The notes beneath the pieces are model-generated. The model made no database searches, had not been told where the DNA came from, and saw nothing but the letters and a program-made list of their open reading frames with translations. This document shows, piece by piece, positions 13,601-26,024 of a DNA stretch of 64,000 bases. Position 1 is the stretch's first letter; each line of letters starts with the position of its first letter. The DNA is from Tubiluchus corallicola (lineage: Eukaryota; Animalia; Priapulida): assembly GCA_030141605.1 (NCBI GenBank), contig JAQGDQ010000133.1, forward strand, positions 1 to 64,000, written 5' to 3'. A program made the position numbers and the translations under genes.

Positions 13601-15054
13601 AAATATAGACGTAATTGTATAGATTAACTTATATTTTTGACAGGTATTGGAAGGACTCTATTACTGCTATCAATAACAAATTTATTTTAAGTTTCTCTTT
13701 GCGGCAAAAATATTGATGTAAATATATGTGAAACGCCATTGAAATACATGTTGGCAAGCTGCCAACAGCTGCTGTTGCCCAACGACATGGCATGGCGCCT
13801 TTAAGTATCACACACTCAAAGTATTGTTCTAATGTTTAAGCTAGCAATCAATCTCTCTATACACAAGCGCTTTATCTAAATCTATGATATACACAGACCT
13901 AGTAACATCACACAGATTTATTTCTCTAAATTACATGGATTTACACCAGACCTAATCAAATCGCACAGGTCTGTTTCTGTAAATGATGTGAATGTACACT
14001 GCACCTAGCCACATTACACAGGTATGTTTCTCTAAATTAGCTCCATCTTTCATTTATTCAAATGCAGTATATGGAGGCTTGGTTTCTCTGTGCAGCTGAA
14101 TGCATTTTAGAGTCTTTAATGGCCTTTTTAAATTCAGTAGTTCCATTTCAACTGGCCACAGCTGGCCTTTATAGATCTGTCTATGTGTATTAATAATACT
14201 CTCTGTATACTAATCTTTTAATAACTCTATATATACAGCACCATACTTTCATCAGAGCATTATACTTGCCCCAAAAGCTTTATTCTTCTGTTTAAACTGT
14301 TTTCAAAATCATTTTTGTAAAGCTTGTAAATATCTGAATGCGTTTTCTCAGCTGAAATTGCTTATCAGTAACTTCAATTACAGTAATTTATTGGTGAGTC
14401 AGTTCTGCACCCCTACCTCAAATGCGTTATCCTCGATTCCGTTCACGTTGCCATTAATTATATGAATTTCTTCTAAATTTGGTGAACCCACAAAAGCTTG
14501 TCGTGGTATCCCATGAATTCTGTTCGGATTTTCCTTTGGTCCAACAATGAGTAGAATGTTTGTTCTTGGATCTGTATAAAGAAAACCAAATTAACTATTT
14601 TCTAAGCTATTGAACATTTAGTAGTTATTTTACTTTAAAGGCTGGCATTGGTTTTTTTTTTCTTTTAAAAACACTGTTAAGTAGCTCCAGCAGTTGATAA
14701 AATGGGGATTATCAATCCAAAATTATAATAATTTGGTTCATGGGTACTAATTGCCAAAGATTTAATGGCAAATCAATAAACCTGACAAGCAAAAAAGATG
14801 TGACTTTGTTCTCAAATGCTGATAAATGGAAGCACCTCACAAAATTTTACCATTAGTAGACTAATTTTAACTTTTGATTATTTTATCATACCAATGTCGG
14901 ATGGAATTTTTGTCATCCCACCAACACTGCAATTGGTCACATAGTTGCCTTCCATCTCTTCACATTTGCATCTTGCATGGCAGCTGCTGACCATCTTGAA
15001 GACTAGGAAAATGAAGATTATACCGATAACTACCCATTCTGCTTTGATTGCCAT
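7650..15054 (-). CDS. Type I transmembrane leucine-rich-repeat protein (signal peptide, LRRNT, LRRs, LRRCT, TM, cytoplasmic tail), 616 aa, 4 coding exons
   Basis: Exons 15054-14892, 14571-14417, 9981-9719, 8919-7650 (1851 nt, all GT-AG, phases consistent). Starts MAIKAEWVVIGIIFIFLVFKMVSSCHARCKC; many LxxLxLxxN repeats; LRRCT NRWHCDC...CATP...C; TM PIIAIIVITVVLLIGIIVILCLIY; ends DTAV. Confidence 0.92.
10097..10330. repeat. ~53-bp minisatellite, cluster 1 (LRR gene intron 2)
   Basis: Unit CACATCACACAGGTyTATTTCTCTAAAT...AGACCTAGC starts at about 10110, 10164 and 10217, with a further copy after. Confidence 0.85.
10763..11180. mobile_element. Putative Helentron/HINE-like non-autonomous element
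   Basis: Begins AACTAGAGG followed by a perfect 20-bp palindrome ACTATGTACCGGTACATAGT (10774-10793); more CpG-rich than its flanks. Confidence 0.4.
12416..12848. mobile_element. hAT-family MITE, 433 bp, with 8-bp target-site duplication
   Basis: TIRs CAGGGCTGGAACTAG and CTAGTTCCGCCCCAG; perfect TSD GATTATGG at 12408-12415 and 12849-12856. Confidence 0.9.
12868..13066. mobile_element. CACTA/EnSpm-like MITE (~200 bp)
   Basis: Starts CACTACAGAGAAA and ends TTTTCAGTAGTG; no clean TSD seen. Confidence 0.45.
13855..14039. repeat. ~53-bp minisatellite, cluster 2 (same unit as 10097-10330)
   Basis: CATCACACAGATTTATTTCTCTAAATTACATGGAT...AGACCTA repeated about 3.5 times, in the same orientation as cluster 1. 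Confidence 0.85.
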
Positions 15055-17234
15055 ATTGCACTCATCCTAGGCCTGCCACATCTGGAGAATATTATGAAAA
15101 TCGCTAATATAAAATGTTTGTATTTTGGGACATGCAAATATTCAAAAAGGTAAAACAACAATTAGCCTAGTTTTTGTCTACCCAAAAGACAAATTTCGCT
15201 ATATTTACATTTATTAGTTGCCTTAGTCCTGTGCTAACAGATGTTTATTTCGATGTGGTTAGTTTACACTGTATTATCCAGCACATCCTCACTCTTTGTT
15301 TAACGTAGATCAATAAAAAAGTGGGTATTAGTATTTGATGCATACAGCTCTAAGCACGATTAGCCAGTGGATGGGTAACCATCCAGAAACACTTTTTTTG
15401 GTGGTTTCATTAGCTACATTAGGCTTAATATTGTAAATTACATTCGGATGTGGCTTAGATGCCGCGTGCTGACTGTTCAGTTTTCACTGAAGATGAATAT
15501 CTTTGACACGGGGCTGGATATCGTACCTGCCACAACAGTCAACATAATAAGTAGACCCTGTTGTTGAATGTCAGTTACCGGCTTACACTATGCCAAATTG
15601 TGTAAATAATTAACTGAATTTTTCTTCAAATGACAAATATACATGAGTTTGCCAAAATGCCACAAATAATTAAATAGTTAACACATAATTAATAACTTTT
15701 TGAGTGGATACAAACTCAGATTTTTGCAACGACACAATCAGTGGTGAGTGATCACTGCGAAAAACTGCTCCAGACACTCGTGTGTCATATCATGAGGCCA
15801 TATTCATCAGATCCTTCAATAGCTGAAGGAAAATGTATGCACATCCGAACGTGACTAACTTTTGCTGGTTCCCCATCTCATTTTACAGAATTCCCTCGAT
15901 AGGTAAACTAGGTTTTGGTACTACCACAGCCATCTGCCTTAGTAGGCTCTACACCAAGTGCTGGACTCTGGTGTGGAAAAATAGTGAAATGTGAAAAAGA
16001 AAAGTTAGTTGACTGTGTAGGTGTGGCATAATTGTATAAGCATTTACAAACATATGGTTGTGATAGCAGTAATCACTGCATCTATTAAATATGCATCTAT
16101 GAAACGTGTTTGTTCTGCATCTATACTTTATTTAGAAAACCAGTTAATTGTCTTCTGATGCACCAATGTAGTCGAGTTAATAGCTCAGCCAAAAACAGCA
16201 GAGCATTGGTAAATGGTATACATGAATAAGACATCACCCTCCATGGCAGACAGTAGTAAATGGCATTTAGTTTTAGGCCTGACTTGCTGGTTTGTTCAAA
16301 TGCCAGGTGAAACATGCAAAAACATGGTTACATCCTGTAGTCATTTGCAGTACATCATCAAGAATAGCAGTAAAATAAGTAAATCTTGCGCATTGAAAAT
16401 GGCAGTTTCTGACTATTAATAGAATTTGGCACTCTGCATGCCTTACTCGATCATTTGGTACAGGTGGTTGTGGTAGGACTAGTATCTAGTGCATTAATCA
16501 AGAAAATCCTGTGAAATGAGATACTAAATCAGCAAAGCTGTCTTGCGTTTGAATGTGCAAATGCTCTTCCTCAGAAACAGATGGCAGTTTTGGGGGATTA
16601 AGTGAACTGAAGTGAATTTATTTAGGTTTAGGAGCATTACAAAACATACAAAATAAAAAATATACAGAACAGAATATGCTTGACTCATTCACCAGTAACT
16701 GTTGGTAGCCAGAAACAAAATTGTTCATATGGCCTAACTGCTGCAACTTATAGGATATATTTGATTGTATTATGCATACTGTTCAGCTTGTTACATGCAC
16801 ACTGCTAAACAGCTGGCTAAGTGTGCTCTAGCTAAAACTACAGCATTAAAATTTATTAATAAATCAATTAATTATGATCTTAAAATTTCACAATAAGGCT
16901 TTCATCATGTTTATTTGATTTTTTGAACCAAGTTTCAGTTGCGATTTCAACCTCAGCTTGTCATATGTCAGTAGTTTCATTTAGTATTTTTCATGTTTTC
17001 TTATTTTATTTTATTAATGCTGCCATGCAGTATAGGTCATCAGCTCACGATGTGAATGTAAGCGAGTTAATACCTTAACCACTTAGAGTAGCCTTGAAAT
17101 TTTTGGTTTGGCATAATTCTGGGACAAGATGATGGTTAAGGTCGATGGTTATCCTGAGGCCATATCCAGAGCAGTACTAAATGATAAAAAATTAGAAACC
17201 TCCGCAGAGGCACAGTAATGGTGGGCATGGTGGG

Positions 17235-17945
17235 AGGATCTGAGTCAACTCAGTGGAGGAATTAGAGTGGCCTGTCTCCTATTGACAACCCAACATAGAC
17301 AAAAAGAATTTGACCCCTCCTGGGGAGGAGTGAAAAAATATTTTAGCCCTCCTGGGAGATAACGGATCCAGGATTCGAACAATCACAACTATAGTATTAT
17401 AAAGGCAGGTTTTGTGCCTCAAAATGTCAAAAGAAGATGTTAGGAGATGAGTGAAAATTTTTGGGGGATGATCTGCAATGACTCGGAGGGAGGAAGGGAG
17501 GATCCAGGATGAAGGGTATAGTGTGATAATTTGAGTCAGCTCAGTGTGAGGAATTTGCAGTGAACTGTCACCTATTTACAGTCCAGTTACTATTGTGTTA
17601 GAAAGGCCGGTTTTGTACTGCAAAATATCAATGTAGATGTTACATGATGGGTGACTACTTTGGGCAATAGCCTGCAATGACCCTGCCTCCTCCCCTTGAG
17701 GGCGGGCATTTTGGAGCCAGGCTGGTCGATATAGTAGAGGTATCAGAATCAACTGAGTACGAGTGGTGCAGCACCGATTGACAATCTAACAATGACAAAA
17801 ATGCTTTACCCCTCCCCAGGGCAGTTCCAGGATTTGAACAATAGCAATGTATAGTGTTATGTATGCACGTTTTGTCAGTAAAATGTCAAGTGTAGGTGGT
17901 AGACGATAGGGGGAACTTATAGGTGATGCAATTCAGCGGCCCTGG
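17235..17945. repeat. Degenerate GC-richer tandem repeat, about three copies of ~240-290 bp
   Basis: Recurring blocks GAGTCAaCTCAGT, (T)CCAGGAT, GGTTTTGT..C..CAAAAT.TCAA and CTGCAATGAC. Confidence 0.6.
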
Positions 17946-20900
17946 AACAAAGATAAAAATTGCTGAAGTTGGCCAAAACGCCAGCTGTATGAAACTTTCT
18001 GTAGAAAGTTTGTACATGAAAGTCTTTTGACTTTGTTTGACCAGGCGGCACCATTTTCTCAGGCATGCCACAGTTCCTTGCAGCGCACAAATCTCCAAAA
18101 CGGAAGTGTTGTTACTTTATTTATAGTTCTTTATTGATGCCACTATTATCTCGCCCACTAGCCAAAACACCCAGTTCAGTAAGGAAGTGAATAACGTGTG
18201 AGGAATTCAAAATGGTTAATAGTAAATTACAAGGCTTGTGCATGCGTTCACTGAGCATTCAGTGCATTCTGAGTCCTGTTAAGCTGTGAGTTTGAGATTT
18301 AATAAGCATTTGTAATCTTAATTTAATGGTTATCAATTGATGACGGAATAAACCCACACTATATTAATTTCTGAAAACAGGCTCGAATGAGTGGAAAGAA
18401 ATGTGAAAAAGTCAAGCGTAAGCCCGTGTTTGAACCAAGGACCTTTGGAATTTGTTTGAGTATATATTTCAGTTTCTCCTGTACTGTATATACAGACATC
18501 CCCTTTTTGTACTATATTATTGTGAAGTTCGTAGGTTCATTCTTCTGGTTCAATTCACCAAAATTATAATCACAAAGTTGTAGTTATCTGTAGCAAAAAT
18601 TCTTAAACATATTTGTTTGGAAGTTATATCTTGCTGTGTATTAGAAAAACTTATTTGATCATTTTATGGACGACATTTTGCTAAAATTTCCCTCCCATAT
18701 TACACAATGATGCTGCAATGACTTGAAGACTATTAACAGTGATGTCTATTAACTTTATCAAGAAAATATTTCAATACCTATTGTGTATATGTGAACTCTA
18801 TAGATACTATTGGTTGGAAAACTGGTTTAGGATATTGCTCTGTACATGCACATTGAATGTGAATTTCGTTTTATCATGTAGACACTATGCCAACAAAAGG
18901 CTATATTTTTGGCTAGATTTGTCAGCAGTAACTAATTCAGTGAACACAAACCTGCAAGAGATTTATAACTTAAAACAGTCAGTAATTGGGTTACCAAACT
19001 AGGGTAACCTATATAGTACTAGATACGCAAAACAAGTCGCAGGTTTTAATGGAGTCACTTGACCTTGAGTAGTGGCCTAAAGTTAAAGGTCACTTGCAAT
19101 TCGGAAACCATATGGAGGTGGTAAAACAAACATGGGTGACTCATAATAGTAAATGGGGGAATGAGCAGCAGAAGTATCTTTGTAAATTTAGTTGATACAT
19201 TTACCATGATTGAGAGTCCCAACAATCACCTAATAACCGAACCAAGTTCGGCTTTGCTTAGCTTAGGTCATGCACCATGGTCACTCGCTATTCTGTTTTT
19301 AATTTAGTAGTTGGTGGCCTGGTGGCTGATGACTTTAACTATAAGTTGCCAGTTTTATGATAAGCATGTCTCCACACTGAAAACCATCTCTGTTTGTATG
19401 TTAGATCTGATATGAGCAGTTTGACTTTAACATTGATGTATGTAATTAACTGAGTAGTGCCACCATTGTGCAGATGTTGTTAGCATTTCCTGTTGTATTA
19501 CTGTAATGCATTCAGGCGTAATGTCACTTTCCAGCCATCTAAATTATGCGAATTTACAGCATTTTCCCTGGAGCCCCCTGCTATTTCAAACACAGAAATA
19601 GCGCTGTTCTTTTTTCGTTTATAACTTGATGGAATTGTAGTGTATATATTCTAGACGTAGATGGAGTTGAATTCAATTCAATTGAATTGAACTAAATATT
19701 TAGACTCACTGAATCACGTAATAGTACTGATTTTATTGTATCTCGTCTCAAACATGGTTCAAAAACCTGTTGTAATGCAATAAAAAGTTGATAGTGTAGT
19801 CTTTATATGAACGACCTTTCATTTTGCAAATTCTAATTTTACTTGATTTGTTGAAGAGAGAAAATATCTAGGATTATGTTAACAAAATATCAAGAGCAAT
19901 TATGTTAACATTAATTTATAACATATGATAATAACTATGATAATATCTGTTACTAAAAATCTTTATAAAATTAAAAAGGCAACGGTTAAGCTAGATTCTA
20001 GTAGCTTTTATCAGTATAAAGTTTTTCTTTATTTTTGTGACCAAAGTTAAGCTGCATTGAGTGAGTCATAGACTGGATGACTGACAGCTCGGTTCAGTGT
20101 TCATTTGGAGTCTAACAACTCTCATTTGCCATACTGCCTGTTTACCACGTTGATGGAGGTTGCATTCACAATTGAAAGACACCTTTTTGTACAAGGTGAA
20201 TAAAAACTAAAAGATAGTTTGAATCATGAATTTACAACAAACTAAGTGATTGACATAGTCGATATCCAGAAAATGTCTCAAGTTTGTGAATACATCATAT
20301 GCCAATTTAAATTTTAGAGCAGCTATGAAGCTCGTATCTGGCATACATCCAGATACTTAGAATAACTTCTAAGCCACTACAAGTCAGACAGTTTTTTACT
20401 GTATAGCACCCTAAAAGTGCTATTAGTGTAAGTTATTCAGTGTACTTTAAAACACTTATACAGTTACTTGTAAACAGTTTCCGAACGCTGTCCTTATGTG
20501 CAATGATAACTGCGCTCATCTGTTACATGCGTACATGCATAGATATGTTGTGTCTTATTTTTTATAGACGATAGATGCACCTTATTAGTGATGACCCGAT
20601 AAATTAATATAATGATTACCGTAAATCTACTTTGAGTAGTTTGCTACGTACCTGTGTTTTGTTTCTGAACTAAGTCTTTCAATTTGTGCCTCTACAGACT
20701 TTGCTTTATCCTCTGTCTCTAGCCAGTCGGGTGCATAAAACGATCAGTAATTATAAGTGTCAGTAGGAGAACTTAAAGTTTACTAAACCAGTTTTTGTCA
20801 ACCATTTGCAAACTCCAGTACATACCTACACCTATACTTGTACCTGGCCTGGATGCTGTATGAGTGCCGAGTTGAATTTCTCATCAGCGGTATTGGTTTT

Positions 20901-21499
20901 TGCCCGTCGGCATCGTCTATAGTCAATGATCTAGGCGAATCCAGAAACGGATTGCATGAAGTTTAGAATCTAAGACTTGTTATCCTAACAGCATATTTTT
21001 TAAAGTGGGATTTTAGAGAAGTGTACGCTCACTCATAGCTGTTTACAATGAAAATGGAATCTTCCTTTTGTATAATGTACATGTGACTTTAAATGTCAAA
21101 GGTGGCAATTTTGAGATTTATTCATTTCTGCACGTTTAATGTGTGATATTCATCGTTAATAAATTGTGAAAAACAGGCTAATTATAGCTGAAATTGTGCG
21201 TGCGAAATCTAAAGATTCAGCAGATTAATAGCTAAATTAACGCGTAGCTTTAGCTAATATTCGCGAAGTACTTATTGCTTTCGTTTTCTTGAAATTAAAT
21301 GTAAGTATTGAAAACTGTTCCCTAATGGCTATAAGTATGTGTTGAGGCAGCGGTTAAAGATGAACGTGATAATAGGTCTCCGCTTGCAACTGGAACTCTC
21401 CTAAAAGTCTTTGCTAATCAATGAAGTATTAGCAGTTTAGTTAAGGTTTAGCACCTATAAGCCTACAACAGTGATAGTGTCACTGACAATGTGGAAAAA

Positions 21500-21930
21500 C
21501 ATTGAATGTCAATTCCTTACTGAACCTACAAAGTGGAACTGACAGTGATAGTATGGAGCAACGTATGGACTGACTGTCAGTCATCGCTGAAATCCATAAT
21601 GCAGAGTTTGCACTTGTGCGGAACAACTTTGAATGTCAGTTCCCAATATTCCGATTAAAACTGTAATGGAGAATTAACGTTTAATGGAAAATTTGGGAAT
21701 TGATATTCAAAAGGTTGTTTCGCGCTGTCGGATTACTGCCGTGATTATCTGTCTTGATGAGAAATTTCCTTTGTTTTAAAATTCTGCGTGCCCAGTTTAA
21801 CGTGTACCATAGACTTAAAGTTCATACGTTGGCGCAGTTAGTGTGGAATTGAGTTGGGATTTGACAGTATTGTACAACACTGTGTGTTAGTTTCCCATTG
21901 AAACCTCAATGAGGAATTTACATTCAAACT
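21500..21930. repeat. Nested inverted repeats (MITE-like remnant)
   Basis: TTGAATGTCArTTCC at about 21502 and 21629, opposed by GGAATTkAyATTCAAA at about 21697 and 21913. Confidence 0.45.
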
Positions 21931-23765
21931 TGAAAATAACCTACCATTTCTTAGTGCTTCCCTGGATAGTTCTGAATCCCCTGTTTATTGATCACTAGTT
22001 GATACAATCGATACTGGAACTTAATCACTTCTAATCTGATTTTACTTTTGTTGTGCAACCCGCAGCTTCTCTGAAACTTCGAAATTACAACTTTCTGCTC
22101 CCAACGCAAGTCGAGGAAGACATGCAAAACAGTTCACTTTTGTTTTCTACGTTCATAACCTATTGGAACCACAAAGTTCAGCTCCTGATGATACACGCAT
22201 GTGCGTTAAGTCAGCTCATTGAGTAACAACTGTATTATCTCCTGTGCTGACTGGGTAATTTCACCTGCTGATTACAATCGAATTATTTTGACTCATGGCC
22301 CAGACGTTACAGTCTATTGAAAATAGGAGTGGCCACTCTTTAGAAAGGCTGGGGTCTTTCATCACCATGATTACTCAGCAAACTTGGCTTTTTTATTCTC
22401 AAGTTTTTTTTTCAGTGGGTGTGCACTTTTTGCGGAATTAATATAATTTGCAAGGCTTTAGTAGGATATTGTAAGCAGTAGACATTTTATTTTATTATAG
22501 CAGATATTTTATTAGACTTTTCTCTGCCAGCTTACTGAATTCCTTTCACTTATTTGTACATGCCCCTTTATTCCTGCTTACCTTTTACACAATTCCTCAC
22601 TTTGCAATCATGTAATCAGAAAGTAACTAAGAGACTAACTTTCTTAATAGCTATGACGATTCTTTTTGAATTCTTCAACAAGAAACAAGTCGCTTCCTGG
22701 CTTTAGTGCGTTCTTTCACCTACTTAAATGAAAACAAGGCGCTTACTGGCCTGTAAACTATGTGCTCAACTCTTTACCTTTTTAACTCTTGCGTAGCCAC
22801 CACCGGCCTTATCACGCAAAATTCCTAACTGCATGGTCTTTTGATACCTTGTCTGATTAAAAGAATGATCTAGGAAGTCTTTCAAAGCATAAAAAACATC
22901 CTAGAAGGTATTTTAAGAAATAATTTCTTTAAAGTTTGTAGCACTTTGTGTTGTTTTGCACAAACCCTTCTTGAAATCTCACGTTGCTAAAATTCTAAAA
23001 TTACTAAAATAAACTCAACTGACTGAAACGCTGCTGCTGAAATGACTTGTACTTAAGAACAATTTCAGCATACTAGTGCATGAATAGGAATCCGTGCCTA
23101 GTATTGAAGCTACAGTGACTTGGGCATTAACATTTATGAGTTTCAAAATTATACGCCTCAAAAAAAGATGCAAGAACATGAATTGAATAAATTTAAAAAA
23201 TGCATAAATTGTATTGTAGTGTGTTGTAAATTGTACATGACTGTCTAACCACACGTTACATATTTTTTTAATTGTTTTAACAGTGCGAGACATTAGCATT
23301 TAATGTAGATACGTGGAGCAGGATAATGTGGCGAATGTGCTTGCCATAGCGAAAACACGAAAAGCCTGCTCACTGACTGATAACCATTGAGTATATCAAA
23401 TATCAAAAAATAACAAAATTAAATGAGAAATTCTGGGGCTTTACAAAACCTTTCTTTAAAATTATTCAAAGATAATACAATTCTCAATTTATATTGTCTT
23501 GCTCGTAAGACAATATTACTAGTTTCTACAAAAGATGTGATTTTGTTGTTATTTTTAAAATGGTGCTTTCTAAACTACTTACAATTTTTATTATATGTTG
23601 GGAGTGTCTTCTTTTCGATTAATTGCATCTGTTACGTGTACATTGATCTAATTAATCTGTAGTCACTATTTTAACTTTCAAATTATCATGGTCATGGATT
23701 TCACTATTTCAAACTGTTGAACACCCGCTTCCAAATAGTCCTGTGACATGGTACTGTTTCAGTTT

Positions 23766-24158
23766 TCACCAGTAATATCTCCATGTCTTCCTTTGAAACC
23801 TTTTCTGGAAATCATTAAAAAATATATCACTTTTCCACTTGTCTGCAATGTTGTTTCTGGTAATGTCCCTTAGCCAATGCCGATTTCCCATTTCATAGTC
23901 ATCATCTAGCATATCCGGAAAACCGTTAAGATGATCTTTGCGCCCTTTTAATGTAGATACATCGAGCGGGATAATGTGGTGAGGGTACTTGCCATTGCCA
24001 TGATCGGATAACCTTGAAACATCAATTGGGATGATATCCTTATAGAACTTTGGAGTGTTCCATCTATCTGACAATGGCAGTATTTTGGAACACGCTGTGG
24101 AACAGATGAAGAATAACAAGAGTAAGAGCATTTGTCCTTGGACTCTACAGAGGAACAT
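23766..24158 (-). CDS. Uncharacterised small secreted protein / prohormone-like precursor, 130 aa, single coding exon
   Basis: Splice acceptor ttttatttgcag ends at 24176, 18 nt before the ATG at 24158. Hydrophobic signal peptide MFLCRVQGQMLLLLLFFICSTACS; internal repeat IIPIDVSRL/IIPLDVSTL; basic sites GK, GRK, KR, RK. Confidence 0.75.
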   Translation of the reverse strand: MFLCRVQGQMLLLLLFFICSTACSKILPLSDRWNTPKFYKDIIPIDVSRLSDHGNGKYPHHIIPLDVSTLKGRKDHLNGFPDMLDDDYEMGNRHWLRDITRNNIADKWKSDIFFNDFQKRFQRKTWRYYW

Positions 24159-25479
24159 GGCTAATACACCATTACCTGCAAATAAAATTGTATCCATGTA
24201 AGCTCATGAGAACAGTATTGTCACATTTATAACTGTGAAATGCACAGTGTTACTCATACTCATATTAAAGCTATTGTAAGATGCCAGGGAATAGCTAAAT
24301 AGATGAGTGGTTACTAAGTTTAATATTTATTCTGACCAGATTTATTTATCATGCTGATAATTTATTTATCATCTCAGTTTTCCTCATTGAGGGAGAATAC
24401 ATTTGCATCCAAAATTAAACACTTCTGCTATTTTAGTGTCTTATCTTAAGAAATTAGGCTTGTTAATTAGCTATATTTCTGTCCTGTGTGTTAATAGGAT
24501 GTGACATTGAGTACTGGATTCTGGTTTGCAGAGTGCCCAACTGTATAAAAATTCATGAGTTTAGCACAGTTGCATCTTCAAGAATCGAATGCAATATGAA
24601 TTGTCATTGAAGACAAAACAGGATTATTTCAATGTCTTTCATCGGGTGCTAATCTTTCAATGTGCCAATGCTGCTACACATTGACCGTCACGGTTTTTAA
24701 CATCACTTAAGGTAACACTCTAATTTTACCTGAAGACTCCAAATTCTGCATCTATAGTAGGCGGCAGCGTTAACGTTAAATAGCAATTTTATCCTATACA
24801 GATTCTCATTTCACTACTTGTCAATTTTTGGCTTCGTCTGCGAGATGACTGTGAGACGTTCTGCTTTCTGAGATTCTTATAATAATGGCTGAACGTGGGC
24901 GTTTCCTGCGTGTTATTACGAGGTTGCTACTGATTAACGGAATTGCTCTGGTACCCAGGTGATGTTTGTGCAAAGATACATTAAATCCTGCGTAAATGTC
25001 ACTAGTCGACTAATCTCCTTGGTTTCACTGTTTATTAGCCAGGCTTATAGCCATTAGACTGTTTTCTCTTGAAAGTAGAAAACTGTTTTATATGCAATAT
25101 GGCACGTTGTAAGCCTGAATATAGCTCTCATCCGAAAGGACTACTTAAACTAGATGCCTGTGGTAGGATCGGGATCTATGTGAATATCAGGTACAATCCT
25201 CTGAGGAAAATTAGTGAGTCAGCAGGTGTGTCATGGCCGCATTTTGATGCATAAATATGCTTCATCAAAAAGAAAAATATTTGGATGCAGTATGCCAGTA
25301 GTCTTCCTAATTGTTGCCCATCCGTTTTTTAACTAATTCACTTGTGTTTAAATTTGGTTGCCAAGCACATATCATCACCACTCAGTTAATTAATGCATGG
25401 AAACCTTGTTTTTAGGAGTTTTGCAGATTTGTCACATCAAGAACCTTATCACCATATAGTAAACCCATGTCTTGGCTTG

Positions 25480-25810
25480 ACGTCACTATGACCAAAAGTC
25501 TTTTTGATATTGTGGCTTTGACCTTTGAAATTTTAAACCCAAGAGCAAAACACTTTCCATCCCTATCCCTGTGCCAAGTTTTGTGATTGCAGCTTCAGTC
25601 ATTTTGATTTTTGTAGGCATTTTTGATTTTGTGACCTTGATCTTTCGAACCCAAAATCTAGTGGTTTCCAGCTGTTATCAATAGTTTGCCAGATTTGGGA
25701 TTATAACTTTAATAAGCCTTTTCACAGTTCCAGCGATTGATGATGATCATGAAAAGGTCAAAGGTTAAGTGTGCCAGACAATGCATTTGTGTACACTTGA
25801 TAATGCCTCG
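25480..25810. mobile_element. Degenerate Helentron/HINE-like fragment with TGACCTT motifs
   Basis: Repeated TGACCTTTGA / GTGACCTTGA / AAGGTCAAAGGT motifs and GTGCCAAGTTT, as in the element at 51176-51905. Confidence 0.4.
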
Positions 25811-26009
25811 CGGCTCGTGCTGTTGTAATAGTAACAGTTTTTACATGTTTTAACAGCTAGCTAGAACATTACCTAGTTCATTTTTTCCTCTTCCCAAGCA
25901 AGATCTTGCCAGTAAATCACTCTATGCACAGACTAATGCATAATTAAGTGAAGTCCACGTAAAACAACTGACGATGCTGAATTAATGCGGCAGATGACTT
26001 TGCTTTACC

Positions 26010-26024
26010 CACGTGTCACATGAC
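26010..26024. promoter_or_regulatory. Overlapping E-boxes (CACGTG and GTCACATGAC, CLEAR/USF-like) in the probable ANO10 promoter
   Basis: Located in a CpG-enriched patch about 650 bp upstream of the first ANO10 coding-exon acceptor (26675). Confidence 0.3.
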
